Source: a virus
Taxonomy: Duplodnaviria; Caudoviricetes
Direction: 5' to 3' (one strand)
Length of the DNA stretch: 64,000 nt
Virus record (IMG/VR): IMGVR_UViG_3300028591_000084
In this document: positions 60,203 to 64,000 of the stretch, one piece after another
Layout of the letters: each line of letters opens with the position of its first letter
How positions within the stretch are numbered: position 1 is the stretch's first letter
Notes under the pieces: model-generated
Databases searched by the model: none
Seen by the model: only the letters and a program-made list of their open reading frames with translations
What the model was told of the DNA's origin: nothing
Translations under genes and position numbers: made by a program

Positions 60203-61013
60203 CCAAAGCTAAACCTCTGTCAATCAAGCCGTTTATGTCGATTCGATAAGTTACGGCAAAATTTCTACCAGCCCGAGTGTTCAGAAGTAAATTATTATAA
60301 TATTCCATCTCCTTTTCTTTTGATGAAAAATGTCTTACGTTCTTCTGGAGACCATTAACAAACAGATTAAATAATAATTTCTTCTTACCATTAACTAGAT
60401 GATATTCATAAATCTCCTTGAGCGGAACAAGATAAGGAATAACCCCTGATAGGTCATTAAAGGATCCATCACTTAAGTAAACTTTAAGAACCCCGTTAGT
60501 ATCCTTTCTGATACCTTCCAAAAGACAATCTTTATCGTTTACTAGATTCTTTACTAACAATGATTCTTCAAGTCTCATCGAAAGATCAGATCCTAAGATT
60601 TTCAACTCATCCTTATCTAGAATACAAATACCGCCTTTATCAGCAAATTCAATAAAGGATTTGGGTTCTCTATTTCTAAAGGATGAAGTCTTGCAATAAA
60701 GATCATAATACTTCTCCCAAACTTCAAGTCTGTGTAAAACCTCATTGCAAAACTTATCGTATCTTTCGTCCCAGGAGTTAATAACCTCATTTGATCCAGA
60801 GGGTTGGGTTGCATTAAACCAGTCAAGTTGATCAACAATCTCAATACTTTCACTAATTAAACCCTTAACTGTCACATAATCCTTTAAAAACCAGGAATTA
60901 ACCTCCGGGAAGTTCTTAATAGCCTCTTCGACATAATCTACTTTGTTGTCGGAGAAAGGACATTTTTTCAAATCACTCAATAACGTCAATAAATCTTCTT
61001 TACCAAGAGTCAT
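60174..61013 (-). CDS. hypothetical protein
   Basis: ORF in operon. Confidence 0.7.
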   Translation of the reverse strand: MTLGKEDLLTLLSDLKKCPFSDNKVDYVEEAIKNFPEVNSWFLKDYVTVKGLISESIEIVDQLDWFNATQPSGSNEVINSWDERYDKFCNEVLHRLEVWEKYYDLYCKTSSFRNREPKSFIEFADKGGICILDKDELKILGSDLSMRLEESLLVKNLVNDKDCLLEGIRKDTNGVLKVYLSDGSFNDLSGVIPYLVPLKEIYEYHLVNGKKKLLFNLFVNGLQKNVRHFSSKEKEMEYYNNLLLNTRAGRNFAVTYRIDINGLIDRGLALDGTNYYFKE

Positions 61014-61194
61014 AATCTGTTATATCTTTTGTTACTTTACAATGATTGCATCGTATGCTAACACCAACACCTATTCCGGTTGGTGTAAAAATATAAGAGT
61101 AGTAACTGTAATTTTCTTTGCATGACTTATTATGCTCCTCTATAAAATCTTCAGCTCTCTTATATTCAACATCATTCAATATAAATTCTTTCAT
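61000..61194 (-). CDS. small zinc-binding-type phage protein
   Basis: FTPTGIG..V.IRCNHC...DITDYDSW; promoter motif abuts ATG. Confidence 0.7.
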   Translation of the reverse strand: MKEFILNDVEYKRAEDFIEEHNKSCKENYSYYSYIFTPTGIGVGVSIRCNHCKVTKDITDYDSW

Positions 61195-61243
61195 ACAATT
61201 ATAAAGAAATAAAGGGTTAAAGAAAGAAAAAAAAGAGAGCAGA

Positions 61244-61573
61244 CTAAATCTGCTCTCCTTTAAAGTAAGTGGTAATCAGCACAAATCTGCTGTAGTTCGC
61301 CAACCTACTCTTTCCATTGAATACCCACCATAGGTAGCAAATATTCGCTGCCATTGGCAATGCTGCGATTGCCAGTAGAGTTTGTCCCCACCAACCGAAG
61401 GCGAAGACGCCTACAAACCATGTCAGATTCAGTAGATTACCTACTATTACCAGTGACATCATGGGCCATTTCACTTTCAGTCCATACTGGCGCTTGATCT
61501 TCCAGAAACGGAAAACCAGCTGTCCGATATTAAGAATTAACATCAGGAAACTAGCCATTAATATAGTTCGCAT
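61244..61573 (-). CDS. small multi-pass membrane protein, probably early
   Basis: Three hydrophobic segments; downstream of the 42-bp promoter-like element. Confidence 0.6.
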   Translation of the reverse strand: MRTILMASFLMLILNIGQLVFRFWKIKRQYGLKVKWPMMSLVIVGNLLNLTWFVGVFAFGWWGQTLLAIAALPMAANICYLWWVFNGKSRLANYSRFVLITTYFKGEQI

Positions 61574-61796
61574 AGTATCATCCGCACTAAAAATCCCTCA
61601 TCAGGACCACCCACATGCGGTCAGGTGTTGTGTTGTTGTTTTCTTCCTTAAATAAAAAAAATGTAATAATATAGAAACCTACTTAAGGTAACTTATTATT
61701 ACATATATAAGGCTTTGAGGAGAATTTAGAGGTAGGTTTTGAAAAAAAAAGAAAAATCAGAGCTAAAACTCTGACTCTTCTTTAACCACTTATCTT

Positions 61797-63107
61797 TTAT
61801 AAGACTTCATTCTCATCAAACAACTTGTCTTCTAGGTGTGTGAACAAACCAATTTGATCGTCAATACTAACCTGGTTATCTGTAACAATACACAGCTTTT
61901 CCAGATCTATTATCAACTTATCAGCTAATGTTTCAGGATAGACCGACTCAAGAATATAACTCAGATAGACAAACTTAGTCCATTTATTTCTAAGTTGATT
62001 TCTGGTCAATGAGAGTTTAGATCCTTGATTCTTTGTACTTTCAGAAAACAAGAGGATCGCATTAAGAATATAGATCCAGCTTAATATCTTTCTGAAATTA
62101 TAAGTTGGTCTAAGAAATCTAAACTCTATCGTCTTATTAACCCGATAACACAGGGCATTAATTAAGTTCAGCCAAAAATACCTAGTGTTGATTTGCCATT
62201 TCCTACTTCTTTCTGGATCTTGAGGATGTGGCTGAGTGAAGGATCCTGCAAAGTTTCTTCCTACCAACGCAAAATAGAGATCCCTAAATGTCCCCATTTG
62301 CGGCAATTTCTTACAATAATCCTTACCGCTCTTCTTATACTTGGCGGTATTAAAGGTTAGTGGTGGTAATAGTTTTTGCAGATCATTTTCAATCTTACAA
62401 CAGACCGTATATAGTCGCCATATAGTATCTTCCTCCAGCGGAAAACCTCCCATGTGAATATGCAATGAACACTCTTTATTAAATGTTGTATTTGCTTTTA
62501 GGGAAGTTACCTGCTGTTTTAGTAGATTTAATCCAAAGTTTCCCTGAAGTACGACAGTTGAATATTCTAATCCAGATATTGAACCATCTCTTAATGGAAT
62601 CAAACCATCTTGAATAATGATATTCTCTGGTAAATAACCCGATCCTGTTTCAAATTCTAAACCAAAAGTATATTTTATCAGTTCAGAGTGAGGAAACGCG
62701 ATCTCTTCGCTACGTAGGGTCTGTTTAGATTTGAATATGTCGAAAGATTCAACAGCTTCATATCTCTTCTGAAGAATTTTATAAGGGAACCCGCCTTGTC
62801 CAAACATATACTTAGATCTTAGTTTGAAATCTGGAGGCAATACACCTGAGTCTAGGAAGTAACCACCATTCTTTTGATTATAGATGATTGCTTTCTCGAT
62901 ATTAGGTTTTCCTAAGAGATAATATTCATTTTCAAAATAATTACCTCTTTCCGGACTGTGTTTAGCCACGGGGACCCTTCTTACTCTGGTGATATCTCTG
63001 GTATAACCATATATCAGCTGGTTCTCAACTATATCTACTATAACAAGTCTACTACCGACACTGCCAAAATCAATTAATTTTCCAGTTAGTTCATCAATAA
63101 CTTGCAT
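61797..63107 (-). CDS. putative amidoligase (COOH-NH2 ligase, amidoligase_2-like)
   Basis: FGLEFE, DGSI..LEYST, CSLHIH, RY..LN, KTIEFR. Confidence 0.8.
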   Translation of the reverse strand: MQVIDELTGKLIDFGSVGSRLVIVDIVENQLIYGYTRDITRVRRVPVAKHSPERGNYFENEYYLLGKPNIEKAIIYNQKNGGYFLDSGVLPPDFKLRSKYMFGQGGFPYKILQKRYEAVESFDIFKSKQTLRSEEIAFPHSELIKYTFGLEFETGSGYLPENIIIQDGLIPLRDGSISGLEYSTVVLQGNFGLNLLKQQVTSLKANTTFNKECSLHIHMGGFPLEEDTIWRLYTVCCKIENDLQKLLPPLTFNTAKYKKSGKDYCKKLPQMGTFRDLYFALVGRNFAGSFTQPHPQDPERSRKWQINTRYFWLNLINALCYRVNKTIEFRFLRPTYNFRKILSWIYILNAILLFSESTKNQGSKLSLTRNQLRNKWTKFVYLSYILESVYPETLADKLIIDLEKLCIVTDNQVSIDDQIGLFTHLEDKLFDENEVL

Positions 63108-63999
63108 TCTTCATTAATTTTACTAAGTACTACTCCGTCTGGTTTATCAAATACTTCAAACGGCGTGGCATAGTCGCCCTCCGTATTAAGTTGCTTAGTA
63201 ATATTTCCTTTCTCTATATTGGAAACCCACATACTTCCTAATTGCTGATAGGTTCCAGTATAGACCTCATAGGAATCGATATAAGTTGCCTTAAACCAGG
63301 TATTATTCTTCTTGAATAGCTGATCAACGCTGAAAAATCTAACAACGTTTTCATACTTCTCGAAAAACTCTGCAGCCTTCATCTTACACTTAATTTGGAG
63401 ATATTCCAAGAACCTATAATACTTATAAGCTCTAAGAGGCACACCATTATAGAAGGCTATTGGAAAAGTCTTGAAATCAGTCTTCTCATCCTTCTCATAA
63501 ATCCTTCCGAATTTTGAGATTTTATACATTCCGTGCACTGAGTCTCCTTTTGTTCCACGAAAGGAATACGTATTAGTTCCAAAGTCCTCCTTTAAGAACG
63601 ACGGGAGTGCTTCTTCTTTTTTCTTTTGTGGCTGAAACTGGGCTTGATTATTCTGGTACCCTCCCTGGTAACCAGCTCCATAAAATCCACCATAATACCC
63701 AACATACTCACGACCCCACGACTTTGACTGAAAGGAGTTCTTTCTTGGATATTCCTTAAATATTTCCAGTTCTCCTTTATCAATATCAAATTTCACCAAG
63801 GTATTTTCTCTTGGCACTAAAAGTTTTGTCTTCCTTGCTGTCGTTTGAAGCCATTTTGGAATAGAGCTAAAGATTATTCTATTCTTATCACTCACTAACC
63901 ATAAAGGCCTCTCTTCATCTTCAGTATTACTATTTTCAGTCTTCTTTGAAACACCCCTCCATAAAAGAACTAGGGGAGAAGGCTGTCTATAATCAACTA
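63086..63999 (-). CDS. probable class II glutamine amidotransferase, C-terminal part (5'-partial)
   Basis: Frame continues upstream of the 63895 start with EERPLWLV...IIFSS, typical of the GATase-II C-terminus; adjacent to amidoligase. Confidence 0.45.
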   Translation of the reverse strand, partial: VDYRQPSPLVLLWRGVSKKTENSNTEDEERPLWLVSDKNRIIFSSIPKWLQTTARKTKLLVPRENTLVKFDIDKGELEIFKEYPRKNSFQSKSWGREYVGYYGGFYGAGYQGGYQNNQAQFQPQKKKEEALPSFLKEDFGTNTYSFRGTKGDSVHGMYKISKFGRIYEKDEKTDFKTFPIAFYNGVPLRAYKYYRFLEYLQIKCKMKAAEFFEKYENVVRFFSVDQLFKKNNTWFKATYIDSYEVYTGTYQQLGSMWVSNIEKGNITKQLNTEGDYATPFEVFDKPDGVVLSKINEECKLLMN

Positions 64000-64000
64000 C

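Noticed and set aside
1-64000. Stop-codon reassignment (TAG to Gln) as in Lak or some crAss-like phages
   Set aside because: Long genes are intact in code 11, many end in TAG at sensible positions, and the splits in polA, nrdD and gyrB are explained by introns
1-64000. tRNA or rRNA genes
   Set aside because: No cloverleaf with T-loop GTTCRA pattern and no rRNA-like stretch was recognised in the intergenic regions by eye

Overview
AT-rich 64 kb segment of a large (jumbo-type) dsDNA tailed phage, standard code 11. The host is probably Bacteroidota (A-rich, mostly SD-less start regions; Bacteroidales-type NrdD). This is the replication, nucleotide-metabolism and host-takeover arm. It encodes a primase, a UvsW-like helicase, a family A DNA polymerase, anaerobic RNR (nrdD/nrdG, thioredoxin), a two-subunit type IIA topoisomerase, ClpC/ClpP/Hsp20, a GmrSD-like nuclease, an ADP-ribose-erasing set (two DarG-like macrodomains, PARG, Nudix), an amidoligase and several paralogue arrays. 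Reading the DNA resolves five ORF-less group I introns with splice sites supported by P1 pairing: polA 5430-5682, nrdD 37820-38096, two in gyrB (55887-56230, 56247-56551) flanking a 16-nt micro-exon that carries catalytic TOPRIM aspartates, and one on the minus strand (47753-48019) that lies in a 3' UTR and interrupts no ORF. NrdD also carries two inteins, one starting with Thr. A recurrent promoter-like motif (AWWYCTTAnnAnTG) abuts many start codons and also precedes gene-less cassettes of promoter + 25-40 nt variable U-rich segment + GUGA(U)-capped terminator (tandem at 8.7-9.0 kb), a candidate phage small-RNA system. Several other structured ncRNA candidates and a probable replication origin (21.0-21.5 kb) are present. 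All assignments are by-eye motif recognition; no searches were run.
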